From Candidatus Rifleibacteriota bacterium (GTDB taxonomy: Bacteria > Muiribacteriota > Ozemobacteria > Ozemobacterales > Ozemobacteraceae): DNA of 64,000 nucleotides. The notes beneath the pieces were generated by a model. The model worked only from the letters and a program-made list of their open reading frames with translations, was not told the origin of the DNA and made no database searches. Shown piece after piece: positions 30,746 through 40,408 of the stretch; position 1 is the first letter of the stretch, and each line of letters begins with the position of its first letter. The stretch spans positions 3,086 through 67,085 of the forward strand of contig JAQVCG010000002.1 of the NCBI GenBank assembly GCA_028689875.1, written 5' to 3'. The position numbers were made by a program, and so were the translations under genes.

Positions 30746-30770
30746 AAACTTTTTTAAAACTATTCGGTAA
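30746..30770 (+). promoter_or_regulatory. candidate ECF-type autoregulatory promoter
   Basis: AAAC-N16-GGTAA, similar to the SigW-type TGAAAC-N16-CGTA, ending 6 nt before the sigma ATG. Confidence 0.4.
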
Positions 30771-30776
30771 TATATA

Positions 30777-31355
30777 ATGAGCAGGCAGGAAAAAAGTGAT
30801 GTTGAGCTAGTAAAACTTGTGCTTAGCGGAGAATGCGAAGCATACTCTGCTTTGGTACAAAGATATGAAAAGCTAGTCTTCAGTTTTTTGTTGTCTCGTA
30901 TGAATTCTATTCATGATATCGAAGATATTGTCCAAGATTCTTTTGTTAAGGCTTACAAGCATTTGGCAAGCTTTGATTGTGAACGTAAGTTTTCGGCTTG
31001 GCTGTTGACTATTGCACGAAACATAATGATCGACAGTCGTCGTAAGTCGAGCAGGGATTTACCTTCAACCGATTTGGTTAATGACGTGCTTTTAACTGAT
31101 TCAGCAAAGGAAGAAAGTGAACAACCGGCCGATATTTTGATTAGACGTGAGCGATTTCGTAAAATTCTGATGTTGATTCGAGAATTGCCCGAAGAATTTA
31201 AGACGCCTTTCCTTTTGCGAATTGTTAACGAGATGAGCTATCAAGACATTGCCGATTCAATTGGAATTCCGCTTCAGACGGTAAAAAACAGAATCTTTAA
31301 AGCTAGAACTTTACTCAGAGAAAAAAGGGAAAAAAAAGATGAAATGCCTAACTAA
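30777..31355 (+). CDS. ECF RNA polymerase sigma-70 factor
   Basis: Region 2 DIEDIVQDSFVKAY, KFSAWLLTIARN; region 4 MSYQDIA..IGIPLQTVKNRIFKAR. Confidence 0.95.
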   Translation: MSRQEKSDVELVKLVLSGECEAYSALVQRYEKLVFSFLLSRMNSIHDIEDIVQDSFVKAYKHLASFDCERKFSAWLLTIARNIMIDSRRKSSRDLPSTDLVNDVLLTDSAKEESEQPADILIRRERFRKILMLIRELPEEFKTPFLLRIVNEMSYQDIADSIGIPLQTVKNRIFKARTLLREKREKKDEMPN

Positions 31356-32397
31356 AGAAAAATTGATTCTTTACGTGGAAGCCCTGATATCAGACGACGG
31401 AGCTTTAGGCAATACCCATTCTGTGAAAGAATTAAAAAAACATCTTGAAACCTGCAAGAGTTGCTCTGATTCTGTAAATTCTATGATTGAAGAAGACAAA
31501 GTCTTAAAAGAAGAGATCGGCAAGTTGTTTGAACGGCATTCGCAGGCCGGCGCAATCATGGAAAAAGTTCGCAAAATGCCGTTGCCTCAAAAAACGTCTT
31601 CATCTTGGTCGCCCGAATTGGTTAAGCTGTTTTTTAAATGGTTTTTCCCAGCTTTGGCGCTGTTTTTGATTGCAATAATATCTTTTATGAGATTGCCTTC
31701 AAAAGAAGATAAAATTCGTAAAAATGTTACTCTGGTTTCATTACGGGCACTTGATTCGAGCTCGTATTATAACAATGCATCTGTTCTTGGGCCTGTGTTT
31801 GATAAGGTCGAAATAGACGAATTGTCTGGATTTGGATTAAACGGCAAATTCAAAATGACTCTAGAGAACGATTCATTATCAGAACTTAACATAGTCGGTA
31901 GTATGAGCGTAAAAATTGATGACAGATCTTTTTTGAGTTTTGAGGGTCAGGATATAAATATTGAACTAATTAATGGGCGTGATTTACCTTTGTCAGTAAA
32001 CGGGGCATTGAAAATTGTAAGCAAAGACCATAAAATTAGTATTGAGCGCAAACTAGAAAAACCTGAAGAATCACTTGAAACCGGTAAAATCGACGAGGCT
32101 TCAGTAGACGCCGTCGTTAAGGCAGGCACAAAGGCATTAGCACCGAGCAACGATAACATACTTCCCGAAGACTTGCCTTCTTATAAGAAAAACACAGAAC
32201 AAGAAAAAGAAAATTTTGGGGCAAAATTGAAATTCAGATTGCGAAGTTTGCCTGAGGCTATTTACATCAAGCCTGAAGAAATTAGCTCGGAGGGCGTTGA
32301 CGTTTCGGATGATTCATCATACCATGATGATAAGACTGCTTTAACAGAAGAAAGTTATAAACCTTTCGACGGTAAAGCGTTTAAATATAAGGACTGA
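31339..32397 (+). CDS. zinc-binding (ZAS-type) anti-sigma factor with TM helix and extracytoplasmic domain
   Basis: MKC...HLETCKSC (HxxxCxxC); TM segment FFPALALFLIAIISFM; overlaps the sigma gene. Confidence 0.8.
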   Translation: MKCLTKEKLILYVEALISDDGALGNTHSVKELKKHLETCKSCSDSVNSMIEEDKVLKEEIGKLFERHSQAGAIMEKVRKMPLPQKTSSSWSPELVKLFFKWFFPALALFLIAIISFMRLPSKEDKIRKNVTLVSLRALDSSSYYNNASVLGPVFDKVEIDELSGFGLNGKFKMTLENDSLSELNIVGSMSVKIDDRSFLSFEGQDINIELINGRDLPLSVNGALKIVSKDHKISIERKLEKPEESLETGKIDEASVDAVVKAGTKALAPSNDNILPEDLPSYKKNTEQEKENFGAKLKFRLRSLPEAIYIKPEEISSEGVDVSDDSSYHDDKTALTEESYKPFDGKAFKYKD

Positions 32398-32399
32398 AA

Positions 32400-32897
32400 A
32401 TGAGTGAAACTGCGTTTAATCGGCGCGCCTTTACAATGATCGAGGTCGTTGTTGCCGTAATGCTTATTGCAATGGCGTTTGTGCCGATGCTGAATTTGTT
32501 TAAATTTGGTAGTCAGGGAACGGTTAACAATGTTAACGAAGTTACTGCCACGAATTACGCCTCTGACTTAGTTAATTTTGTAAGAGAGATTCAGCATTAT
32601 AAGCTTGAAGAAGTTATTAAAGATAAAATTGAGCTGAGTGGCGACACAAAAATTAAAGACTTTTTCACTCAACAGTTAAAGTTGAACCCGCCGCCGCTCG
32701 TTGAAGAGCCTTTTGAAAGAAGTATTGAAATTAAACGCTATGATGGTGCGCCTAAGAATTGGCTGGGAGCTATAATAGCAGTAATTAAGAAACGACAGGT
32801 TGTGAATAGTTTTCTTTTTTCTGTGACCGTTACTTTCCCTCGACCATCTAAGTCAGGTAAAGATAAAGTGAAGCTGTTTTCGATGGTGGTTGAGTAA
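32400..32897 (+). CDS. prepilin-type N-methylation domain protein (PilV/GspI-like minor pilin)
   Basis: RRA|FTMIEVVVAVMLIAM class III signal with Glu5. Confidence 0.85.
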   Translation: MSETAFNRRAFTMIEVVVAVMLIAMAFVPMLNLFKFGSQGTVNNVNEVTATNYASDLVNFVREIQHYKLEEVIKDKIELSGDTKIKDFFTQQLKLNPPPLVEEPFERSIEIKRYDGAPKNWLGAIIAVIKKRQVVNSFLFSVTVTFPRPSKSGKDKVKLFSMVVE

Positions 32898-33502
32898 TGA
32901 AAAACGCAAAAAATAAACTTGGTTTTTCGATGACAGAAATAATGGTTATAGTTGTGGTGGCAAGTATGATGGCCACCGTGGGTTATAAAATAATGTCGAC
33001 GGTTTTTTCGCACTTTTCAAAGAGCCAAAGCAAGCTGACTAACCTAAGAATGGCTAACGTCGCAGTTGAAAGGATAAAGTCAGATATAAGGTCTGCTGTT
33101 ATTCCGGCAAGTGAAAGTGAGAAACCTAAAATTGAAGATAAAAAATGTAGCTTTTGTATAACTGACAATAAGGGCAAAAACACCAGGTCTATGGTCGAGT
33201 ATGAGTTTAAAAACAACGCTCTGACGCGAACATACAACGGAGAAAGCAGAAATCTTACGGGTAAAGTGCAAATTACAGATATGAAATTTAGCGAAGTAGT
33301 TGAGGAAGAAAGTAAAAACAGGGCTTTATCAATAAAAATTACTGTAGACAGAGACAAAGACCTAGAGGGACGTACAAAATCGAATAAAATGAATGTGGTA
33401 GAATTAGAAACTATTTTTTACCCGAAGTTTTATGAAGAGTGTTTATCTGTCGAGGAAAAATACTGGAACAATGCAAGGCGAAATGCCACAGGAGGAGTAT
33501 AA
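32897..33502 (+). CDS. prepilin-type N-methylation domain protein (PilW/GspJ-like minor pilin)
   Basis: KLG|FSMTEIMVIVVVASM; later RIKSDIRSA as in GspJ/PilW-like proteins; TAATG coupling. Confidence 0.85.
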   Translation: MKNAKNKLGFSMTEIMVIVVVASMMATVGYKIMSTVFSHFSKSQSKLTNLRMANVAVERIKSDIRSAVIPASESEKPKIEDKKCSFCITDNKGKNTRSMVEYEFKNNALTRTYNGESRNLTGKVQITDMKFSEVVEEESKNRALSIKITVDRDKDLEGRTKSNKMNVVELETIFYPKFYEECLSVEEKYWNNARRNATGGV

Positions 33503-33966
33503 TGAAAAAGTCTGTCTTTCTTTTAGTTGCAGTGATCGTTCTTTTTGCAGCATCGCTTGATGCAAAAACTCATACAATAAAAACCGGAGACACCCTCTGG
33601 GATTTAGCAGCCACTAATTATGGCGACCCGACTCTTTACACTGTTTTATTAGAGGTAAACGGCATCACAAATCCGAGAACAATATTAAATGGAACCGTTA
33701 TTGTTATACCAGATAAAAGCACAATGAAAGAAATTGCCAACGAAACAGACAAGACTAAACGCAAAAATTTGATAAAAAATGCAAGCGGTAATAAAGGAAA
33801 TTCAGATGTTTCTGAAGATACTAACCCGAATACAAGTAATCAGCCAAAAGATCAGGTTTCTCGCAAGAGAGTTAAGCTCAACGAACGAGATCTATCTTTT
33901 GAAGGTGTTCTCGGTGGCCCTAAGACTACAGCCGACACTTTGATTAAGGTAAACGAAACAAAATAA
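33502..33966 (+). CDS. secreted LysM peptidoglycan-binding protein
   Basis: Start refined to ATG 33502 (RBS GGAGGAG, TAATG overlap); signal peptide ending LDA; HTIKTGDTLWDLA..YG..NGITNPRTI..G.VIVIP. Confidence 0.9.
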   Translation: MKKSVFLLVAVIVLFAASLDAKTHTIKTGDTLWDLAATNYGDPTLYTVLLEVNGITNPRTILNGTVIVIPDKSTMKEIANETDKTKRKNLIKNASGNKGNSDVSEDTNPNTSNQPKDQVSRKRVKLNERDLSFEGVLGGPKTTADTLIKVNETK

Positions 33967-33981
33967 GAGTTTAATCAATTA

Positions 33982-34019
33982 AAAAAAGGTAATATGAATA
34001 TATTCATGTTACCTTTTTT
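33982..34019 (+). terminator. intrinsic terminator (possibly bidirectional)
   Basis: A-run, AGGTAATATGAAT / ATTCATGTTACCT stem, then T-run. Confidence 0.8.
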
Positions 34020-34028
34020 CTATTAATG

Positions 34029-34057
34029 TTGACTTTTATTTTTATGAAATGTATTCT
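34029..34057 (+). promoter_or_regulatory. sigma70-type promoter of the glutamate mutase operon
   Basis: TTGACT-N17-TATTCT. Confidence 0.6.
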
Positions 34058-34088
34058 AAATACTGTTTGAGACTATATAATTAAAAAC

Positions 34089-34155
34089 TCGATAGGCTTT
34101 TACGGTTTTATAATGTGTGAGTGTTTAAGACTGTAATGTTTTACAGGTTTATCGA
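34089..34155 (+). promoter_or_regulatory. structured 5' leader hairpin upstream of glmS
   Basis: 34089-34099 pairs with 34145-34155 and 34100-34110 pairs with 34126-34136 (22 bp including G-U pairs, 8-nt bulge); ends 5 nt before SD AAGGA. Confidence 0.45.
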
Positions 34156-34173
34156 TAATCAAGGAAAGAAATT

Positions 34174-34596
34174 ATGTCGACACCGTACAACATTGTTCTC
34201 GGAGTAATCGGTTCAGATTGTCATTCGGTAGGAAACAAAATTCTAGAAGCGTATTTTACCGAAAATGGTTTCAATGTAACTAATTTAGGTGTTATGGTGA
34301 GCCAGGAAGAATTTATTGCAGCCGCCATTGAGACCGGCGCAAAAGCCATTTTGGTTTCGAGTTTATACGGGCACGGCGAAATTGACTGTGCCGGTTTGCG
34401 CGAAAAGTGCATCGAAAAAGGCTTAGAAGACATAATACTATATGTTGGTGGCAACTTGGTTGTTGGTAAAGTTCCATTTGAACAAGTTGTAGAAAAATTT
34501 CAAAAAATGGGTTTTGATCGCGTTTTCAGCAATGAAGGTTCTCTTGATGAAGAAGCTGAATTGTTGCGAAAGGATATTCAAGAAAGACTAAAATGA
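34174..34596 (+). CDS. glmS: glutamate (methylaspartate) mutase S subunit, B12-binding
   Basis: [16 protein letters not shown] (DxHxxG), [18 protein letters not shown]. The symbol refers to the mutase gene (mamA/mutS), not glucosamine synthase. Confidence 0.96.
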   Translation: MSTPYNIVLGVIGSDCHSVGNKILEAYFTENGFNVTNLGVMVSQEEFIAAAIETGAKAILVSSLYGHGEIDCAGLREKCIEKGLEDIILYVGGNLVVGKVPFEQVVEKFQKMGFDRVFSNEGSLDEEAELLRKDIQERLK

Positions 34597-36002
34597 TTCC
34601 TCAAAAGATTATCTGTGTTGATATCGGCTCGACATACACAAAAGGCGCTGTTTTCAACCCGACAGAGGATCGTTTTAATGTGAGCGCCCGCGCGGTTGTG
34701 CCTACCACGGTAAATTACCTTCCGGATGGTTTTTATAAGGTTCTTGAGGCGCTGATCCCCGGCTCTGGCTCAAAGCAGGCTTATGATAAAGCGGAATTTC
34801 CCGTTTTCTTTTCTTCGTCCGCTAAGGGCGGCCTTAAAATTGCCGTAATCGGGCTGGTGCCTGAGATGTCTCTAAATATCGCTCGTTTGGCAGCATTCTC
34901 GGCCGGTGCAAGGGTTTGTGCCGCTTTCCCATACCGCTTGGGCAAGGCTAATATTGCGCAAATCGAAAGTTTGGCGCCAGATATTCTGCTTTTCTGTGGC
35001 GGCACTGACGGCGGCAATGAACGCTACGCACTCGAAAATTCGAAAATGATTGCTGCCTCAAAATTTGCAGGCACCATAATTTATGCCGGGAATAATTTTG
35101 TGGCCGATGAAGTGGCTGAAACACTCTCTAACAAAGATATTGTGGTTACCGAAAACGTTATGCCCGATTTTGGCAAACTAAATATAGAGCCGGTCAGAGA
35201 CGCCATTAGAAAAGTTTTCTTAGAAAAAATTATTTCAGGGAAAGGCCTAGATGAGCTTGTCAAAAAGTTCGAAACCTTGCCTGTTCCAACGCCGCTCGCA
35301 GTTTTTAATCTTGCAAAGGCAATCGGCGAAAATGTTAAAGACTGGGATAACTTCGCCATTATCGATATGGGTGGCGCTACAACCGATTTTTATTCTTATA
35401 CCAATGCTTTTCATTATGACGGCGAAACAGTAATGAAGGGTATCTTAGAACCTATTTTGAAAAGAACCGTCGAAGGTGACCTCGGTATGAGGGTTAGCGC
35501 AGAATCAACTTACGAGACGGGAACAGATTATTTTGGCTCTATAGGCTTTGACGAAAGCAAATTAAACGAACTTAAAAATTATACTTTAAAAGTCTCTGAA
35601 TCACCCGAGTATTTGCCCGAAAATGAAAAAGAAAAAATGTTCGACCGTAGCTTGGCAGGAGCTTGTATTTATCATTCTTTGCTAAGACACGCCGGCACAA
35701 TTGAAGAAGTTTTCACAATTAAAGGCCGTATTTGGGCGCAAATAGGTAAAGATCTAAGAAAAATAAATAAAATAATTGGTACCGGTGGTTATTTGGCAGC
35801 CATGGGGCGAAACAATGAAAAGATTATTATTCCCTCTGAGCCAAGCACTCCCTGCGAAAAAATTCCCCTCTTACCACAAAAATTCACATATCACGCCGAT
35901 AACACATATATTTTGCCGCTTCTTGCCAACTTAGCGGAAAAATATCCAAAACAATGTGCTGTTACCGCAATAGAATCGTTGATCAATGAGCAGCAAAATT
36001 GA
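34593..36002 (+). CDS. glmL: glutamate mutase accessory/reactivating protein GlmL (ASKHA fold)
   Basis: [46 protein letters not shown]; located between the S and E subunits. Confidence 0.93.
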   Translation: MIPQKIICVDIGSTYTKGAVFNPTEDRFNVSARAVVPTTVNYLPDGFYKVLEALIPGSGSKQAYDKAEFPVFFSSSAKGGLKIAVIGLVPEMSLNIARLAAFSAGARVCAAFPYRLGKANIAQIESLAPDILLFCGGTDGGNERYALENSKMIAASKFAGTIIYAGNNFVADEVAETLSNKDIVVTENVMPDFGKLNIEPVRDAIRKVFLEKIISGKGLDELVKKFETLPVPTPLAVFNLAKAIGENVKDWDNFAIIDMGGATTDFYSYTNAFHYDGETVMKGILEPILKRTVEGDLGMRVSAESTYETGTDYFGSIGFDESKLNELKNYTLKVSESPEYLPENEKEKMFDRSLAGACIYHSLLRHAGTIEEVFTIKGRIWAQIGKDLRKINKIIGTGGYLAAMGRNNEKIIIPSEPSTPCEKIPLLPQKFTYHADNTYILPLLANLAEKYPKQCAVTAIESLINEQQN

Positions 36003-36019
36003 ACGAAGGAGCCCCAACT

Positions 36020-37465
36020 GTGAGCGTTTACAAAATTAGTGACGAAAAATTTAACGAAATCCGCAATGAAATACTTGCAACCTGGCCGACCGGTAAAGAT
36101 ATTGACTTCGAGGAAGCAATCAAATATCAGCAGGTTATTCCCGAATCAAAAAACTTTGCTGTTGCAATGAAAAAGGCCGCTGAAGAAAAAAGAACTTTGC
36201 TGCAGCCCAGAGCCGGAGTTGCATTGGTGCCCGAACACATCACTTTGCTTAAATACCTCGAAACAGAGGGTGAAGCTGATTTGTTGCCAACAACAATCGA
36301 CGCATATACAAGATTAAATCGATACGAAAACGCCGCAGAAGGCGTTGAAAAATCGTTGAATGCCAGAACCTCACTGTTAAACGGGTTCCCGGCAGTAAAT
36401 CACGGCTTAGCCGGCTGCCGAATGGTCACTGAAGCTGTAAAATCACCGATTCAGGTGCGCCACGGCACTCCCGATGCCCGACTGCTTGCTGAAATAACAT
36501 TGGCAGGCGGCTTTACAAGCTTCGAGGGCGGCGGCATATCTTATAATATTCCATACGCTAAAAAAGTTCCGCTTCAAAAATCAATCGACGATTGGAAATA
36601 TGTTGACAGACTCGTCGGTAAATACGAAGAACGCGGCATTCATATAAATCGTGAACCGTTCGGCCCTCTTACCGGCACTCTGGTTCCACCCTGTGTAAGC
36701 CACGTTGTAGCTATCGTTGAAGGAATTTTGGCTTTGAGACAGGGCGTCAAATCAATTACACTCGGCTATGGTCAAGGCGGAAATTTAGTGCAGGACGTTT
36801 CGGCAATATTGTCACTTAAAGCACTTGCACACGAATATTTTGAACGCGAAGGTTTTAACGAATACGACCTTACAACTGTTTTCCATCAATGGATGGGCGG
36901 TTTCCCTCCTGATGAAGCAAAAGCTTTTGCTGTAATCAGTTTAGGCGCAACTGTTGCAGTATTATCAGGAGCCGATAAAGTTATCGTTAAAACACCTCAC
37001 GAAGCAAAAGGAATTCCGACAAAAGAAGCTAATGCACAGGGTATAAAAGCAACAAGACAAGCTGTTAATATGTTGCGTGACCAAAGATTCCCGGTGAGCG
37101 AAGAGCAAAACATCGAAACCGAACAGATTAAAAAGGAAGTTCGCAGTTTGATGGATGCAATTTATAGATTAGGTGAAGGCGATATAGAAAAAGGCGTGGT
37201 AGCAGCAGTAGAAGCTGGTGCGCTTGATGTTCCGTTTGCGCCTGCAGTATGCAATCACGGCAAAATTTTGCCAATGCGCGACAATAACGGTTACATCAGA
37301 ATATTTAACAAAGGCAATATGGCATTAAGCGATGAAATCATGGCATATCACCGCGAAAAACTTGAGGAACGCGCAAAAGTCGAAGGGCGAAATGTGTGCT
37401 TCCAAATGGTTACAGACGATATTTACGCAATAAGCAAAGGTGCTTTGGTAGGGAGACCAAGATGA
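36020..37465 (+). CDS. glmE: glutamate (methylaspartate) mutase E subunit
   Basis: QPRAGV, LPTTIDAYTR.NRY, LNGFPAVNHG, QVRHGTPDARLL, EGGGISYNIPY, FHQWMGGFP; probable GTG start at 36020 after AAGGAG. Confidence 0.97.
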   Translation: MSVYKISDEKFNEIRNEILATWPTGKDIDFEEAIKYQQVIPESKNFAVAMKKAAEEKRTLLQPRAGVALVPEHITLLKYLETEGEADLLPTTIDAYTRLNRYENAAEGVEKSLNARTSLLNGFPAVNHGLAGCRMVTEAVKSPIQVRHGTPDARLLAEITLAGGFTSFEGGGISYNIPYAKKVPLQKSIDDWKYVDRLVGKYEERGIHINREPFGPLTGTLVPPCVSHVVAIVEGILALRQGVKSITLGYGQGGNLVQDVSAILSLKALAHEYFEREGFNEYDLTTVFHQWMGGFPPDEAKAFAVISLGATVAVLSGADKVIVKTPHEAKGIPTKEANAQGIKATRQAVNMLRDQRFPVSEEQNIETEQIKKEVRSLMDAIYRLGEGDIEKGVVAAVEAGALDVPFAPAVCNHGKILPMRDNNGYIRIFNKGNMALSDEIMAYHREKLEERAKVEGRNVCFQMVTDDIYAISKGALVGRPR

Positions 37466-38712
37466 GAATTTCAAAAGTAACGTTTTCTAGAGGTATTTCA
37501 GCATTTTATTTTGATGACCAGCGCGCAATTAAAAAGGGCGCAAAACACGACGGCTTTACTTATGTAGGTCAGCCCCTAACACAGGGTTTTACAAATATAA
37601 GACAGGCCGGACAGAGCATATCTATTATTATGCTACTCGAAGACGGGCAAATAGCGACTGGCGATTGCGCTGCAGTTCAGTATTCCGGCGCAGGCGGACG
37701 CGATCCCCTTTTCCTTGCTAACGAATTTATTCCTTTCTTGGAAAAACATATTAAACCGCACCTTGAAGGCATGGAAATCGGCACTTTCAGAGATATGAGC
37801 AAAAGGTTTTGCGAAATGAAAATTGAAGGAAAACCTTTGCATTCCGCAATTAAATACGGCTTGACCCAAGCATTGCTTGATGCGGTTGCAAAATCGCTCA
37901 GAATTATGCCTTGTGAAGTTGTGTGCAATGAATATAGCTTACCAATTATTGCAAAACGCGTGCCCATATTTGGACAGAGCGGCGATGACAGATATAACAA
38001 TGTTGACAAGATGCTTATAAAGGGCGTTGAAGCTTTGCCGCACGGCTTGATTAATAATGTCGAGGAAAAACTTGGCTTGCAGGGGGAAAAACTCAGAGAA
38101 TACGTCAGATGGCTTGTAAAACGTGTTAAAACCCTCAGAGCTTGCGACAGTTACAAACCTGATTTGCACATAGACGTGTACGGAACTATCGGACAACTTT
38201 TTGAAAATGATATGATAAAAGTTGCTGACTATGTGGCATCGCTTGAAAAAGACGCCGAAGACCTGCAACTATACATCGAAGGACCCGTTGATGTTGAAGC
38301 AAAATTGCCGCAAATCGAAGCGCTCAAAACAATCACTGATCGCTTAAGAGCTATGGGCTCAAATGTTAAAATTGTTGCTGACGAATGGTGCAACACGTAT
38401 GAAGATATTAAAGATTTTACCGATGCAAAATCTTGCCATATGGTACAAATCAAAACGCCCGATTTGGGCGGAATACAGAATATTGTAGAAAGCGTTATTT
38501 ATTGTAAGCAGAATGGCATGGAAGCTTATCAGGGCGGAACATGCAATGAAACTGACAATACAGCGCGTATTTGTGTGCATTTGGCGATGGCTGCACAAGC
38601 CGAAAGAATGCTAGCAAAACCGGGTATGGGCTTTGACGAAGGCTATACAATTGTAAATAACGAAATGGAACGAATTATTTCCGTTCTCAAAATGAAATAC
38701 GGAGAAAAATGA
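37462..38712 (+). CDS. mal: methylaspartate ammonia-lyase
   Basis: FYFDDQRAIK, GDCAAVQYSGAGGRDPLF, LPHGLINN, HIDVYGTIG, IVADEWCNT, QIKTPDLGG, GGTCNETD, AKPGMG; ATGA-coupled start at 37462. Confidence 0.97.
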   Translation: MRISKVTFSRGISAFYFDDQRAIKKGAKHDGFTYVGQPLTQGFTNIRQAGQSISIIMLLEDGQIATGDCAAVQYSGAGGRDPLFLANEFIPFLEKHIKPHLEGMEIGTFRDMSKRFCEMKIEGKPLHSAIKYGLTQALLDAVAKSLRIMPCEVVCNEYSLPIIAKRVPIFGQSGDDRYNNVDKMLIKGVEALPHGLINNVEEKLGLQGEKLREYVRWLVKRVKTLRACDSYKPDLHIDVYGTIGQLFENDMIKVADYVASLEKDAEDLQLYIEGPVDVEAKLPQIEALKTITDRLRAMGSNVKIVADEWCNTYEDIKDFTDAKSCHMVQIKTPDLGGIQNIVESVIYCKQNGMEAYQGGTCNETDNTARICVHLAMAAQAERMLAKPGMGFDEGYTIVNNEMERIISVLKMKYGEK

Positions 38713-38713
38713 A

Positions 38714-40090
38714 ATGACTAAGAAAGAATTTAAGGTTCTGTCGCCAACCGCCATACTTGGTTATGGTTTTCCTGAATCATCTTTTAAGCGCGGAATCGAG
38801 AAAAAACCCGATTTGATTGCTGTTGACGCCGGTTCAACTGATCCGGGTCCTTTCTATTTGGGTGCTGGAAAAGCTTTTACAGACAGAGAATTCGTTAAAC
38901 GCGATTTGAAATACATGATTTGTGCCGGCGTTGAACATAAAATACCTGTAGTGGTTGGAACTGCAGGCGGTTCGGGGGCTGATGTGCACCTTGAATGGTG
39001 CAGACAAATCGTTGAAGAAATAGCCAAAGAAAATAAACTAAGCTTTTCTATGGCCGTTATACCATGCGATGTTTCGAAAGAAAACGTTAAAATGGCAATT
39101 GACGAAGGCAGAATAGTGCCTTTGGCATATGTTCCGGAACTAACCAAAAAAGATGTTGATGACACAACTTACGTTGTGGCACAAATTGGCACGGACCCCA
39201 TTATAGAAGCCCTTAAAGATGGTTGCGACGTTGTTCTGGCAGGACGATGCTATGATCCGGCTTGCTTCGCAGCACTTCCTATTATGAAAGGCTATGACCC
39301 AGGATTAGCACTGCATATGGGCAAAATTTTGGAATGTGCAGCGATTGCGGCAACACCGGGTTCCGGTTCTGACTGCGCAATGGGCACTTTAACCGAAGAT
39401 TCATTTATTCTCGAAGCTCTTTCTCCGGACAGAAACTTTACTTGCGAATCTGCTGCGGCACATACTTTGTATGAAAAAACCGACCCATACCACTTGCCGG
39501 GGCCGGGTGGAGAAATTAACCTTGAAAATTGCTCCTTTAAAGATGTGGGCAACGGAAGGGTTGAAGTCAAGGGCAGCAAATTTGTGCCAACAGAAAAGTT
39601 TTATCTGAAACTTGAGGGTGCAAAATGCATCGGCTATCGCACCATAAGCATTGCCGGAACGCACGACCCGATAATGATTGCAAATATCGATAAGGTTTTG
39701 CAGGAAGTTAAAGACAGAATTAACGTTATTTCGGGTGACAGCAAAAGAAGCGATAACTTGTTTTTCCATGTATATGGTAAAAATGGTGTTATGGGCAGTC
39801 TTGAACCGAATCCGAATGTTAAATCGCATGAGCTTTGCATAGTAATTGAAGCTCTGTGTCCAACTCAAGATCAGGCAAATACCCTTTGCAGCGTGGCTCG
39901 CTCGACAATGTTGCATTATGGTTACGAAGGGCGCGTTTCAACTGCCGGTAATCTGGCGTTCCCGTTCTCTCCATCTGACATAACAGTCGGAAAAGTATTC
40001 GAGTTTTCAATCTATCACCTTATGGATACAAAAAATCAAGTGCTTTTCAAACATCGTATCGAAAAATACGAAAATGGAACGAGGAAATAA
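38714..40090 (+). CDS. AtuA-family (DUF1446-like) protein
   Basis: ILGYGFP, DAGSTDPGPFYLG, VGTAGGSG, LAGRCYDPA, ALHMGKILEC, AHTLYEK.DP. Confidence 0.85.
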   Translation: MTKKEFKVLSPTAILGYGFPESSFKRGIEKKPDLIAVDAGSTDPGPFYLGAGKAFTDREFVKRDLKYMICAGVEHKIPVVVGTAGGSGADVHLEWCRQIVEEIAKENKLSFSMAVIPCDVSKENVKMAIDEGRIVPLAYVPELTKKDVDDTTYVVAQIGTDPIIEALKDGCDVVLAGRCYDPACFAALPIMKGYDPGLALHMGKILECAAIAATPGSGSDCAMGTLTEDSFILEALSPDRNFTCESAAAHTLYEKTDPYHLPGPGGEINLENCSFKDVGNGRVEVKGSKFVPTEKFYLKLEGAKCIGYRTISIAGTHDPIMIANIDKVLQEVKDRINVISGDSKRSDNLFFHVYGKNGVMGSLEPNPNVKSHELCIVIEALCPTQDQANTLCSVARSTMLHYGYEGRVSTAGNLAFPFSPSDITVGKVFEFSIYHLMDTKNQVLFKHRIEKYENGTRK

Positions 40091-40093
40091 AAG

Positions 40094-40405
40094 ATGAAAA
40101 GAAATATTATTGAAGCCGCAAAGGTTATTAGATCCAAAAACTCCGGTCCTTACGAGCTTACTTTCGATATAATGTTCAAAAGCAAAGAATATTTTGAACA
40201 TTTTAAAGAAAATAAAATAATAAACAAAAAAATGTTTGCCGAACTGTATAAAATTCCTGAAGAAGACATTATGGTTATTGTTTGGTTTGCTCCGGCAAAT
40301 GCTGTTAAAGTAACCATTAAAAGACCTATTTCTTCCGGTGCACCGGGCGAAACAGATATATACGGGGCTCAACAACATGCTCCATTGTTTAATATCGAGT
40401 TTTAA
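40094..40405 (+). CDS. DUF4387 family protein
   Basis: AKVIRSKNSGPYELTFDIMF, AVKVTI.R, GETDIYGAQQHAPL. Confidence 0.85.
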   Translation: MKRNIIEAAKVIRSKNSGPYELTFDIMFKSKEYFEHFKENKIINKKMFAELYKIPEEDIMVIVWFAPANAVKVTIKRPISSGAPGETDIYGAQQHAPLFNIEF

Positions 40406-40408
40406 GTT

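Noticed and set aside
34058..34173. Cobalamin riboswitch upstream of the B12-dependent mutase
   Set aside because: The leader is short, AT-rich and lacks the conserved B12-element motifs; it is reported only as an unassigned hairpin
34174..36002. mutS/mutL names suggesting mismatch repair
   Set aside because: The motifs are those of the glutamate mutase S subunit and its ASKHA accessory protein; the names are homonyms
35999..38712. TGA read-through or selenocysteine at the glmL, glmE and mal stops
   Set aside because: The proteins are full length and the TGA stops abut the next start codon (e.g. the ATGA overlap at 37462-37465)
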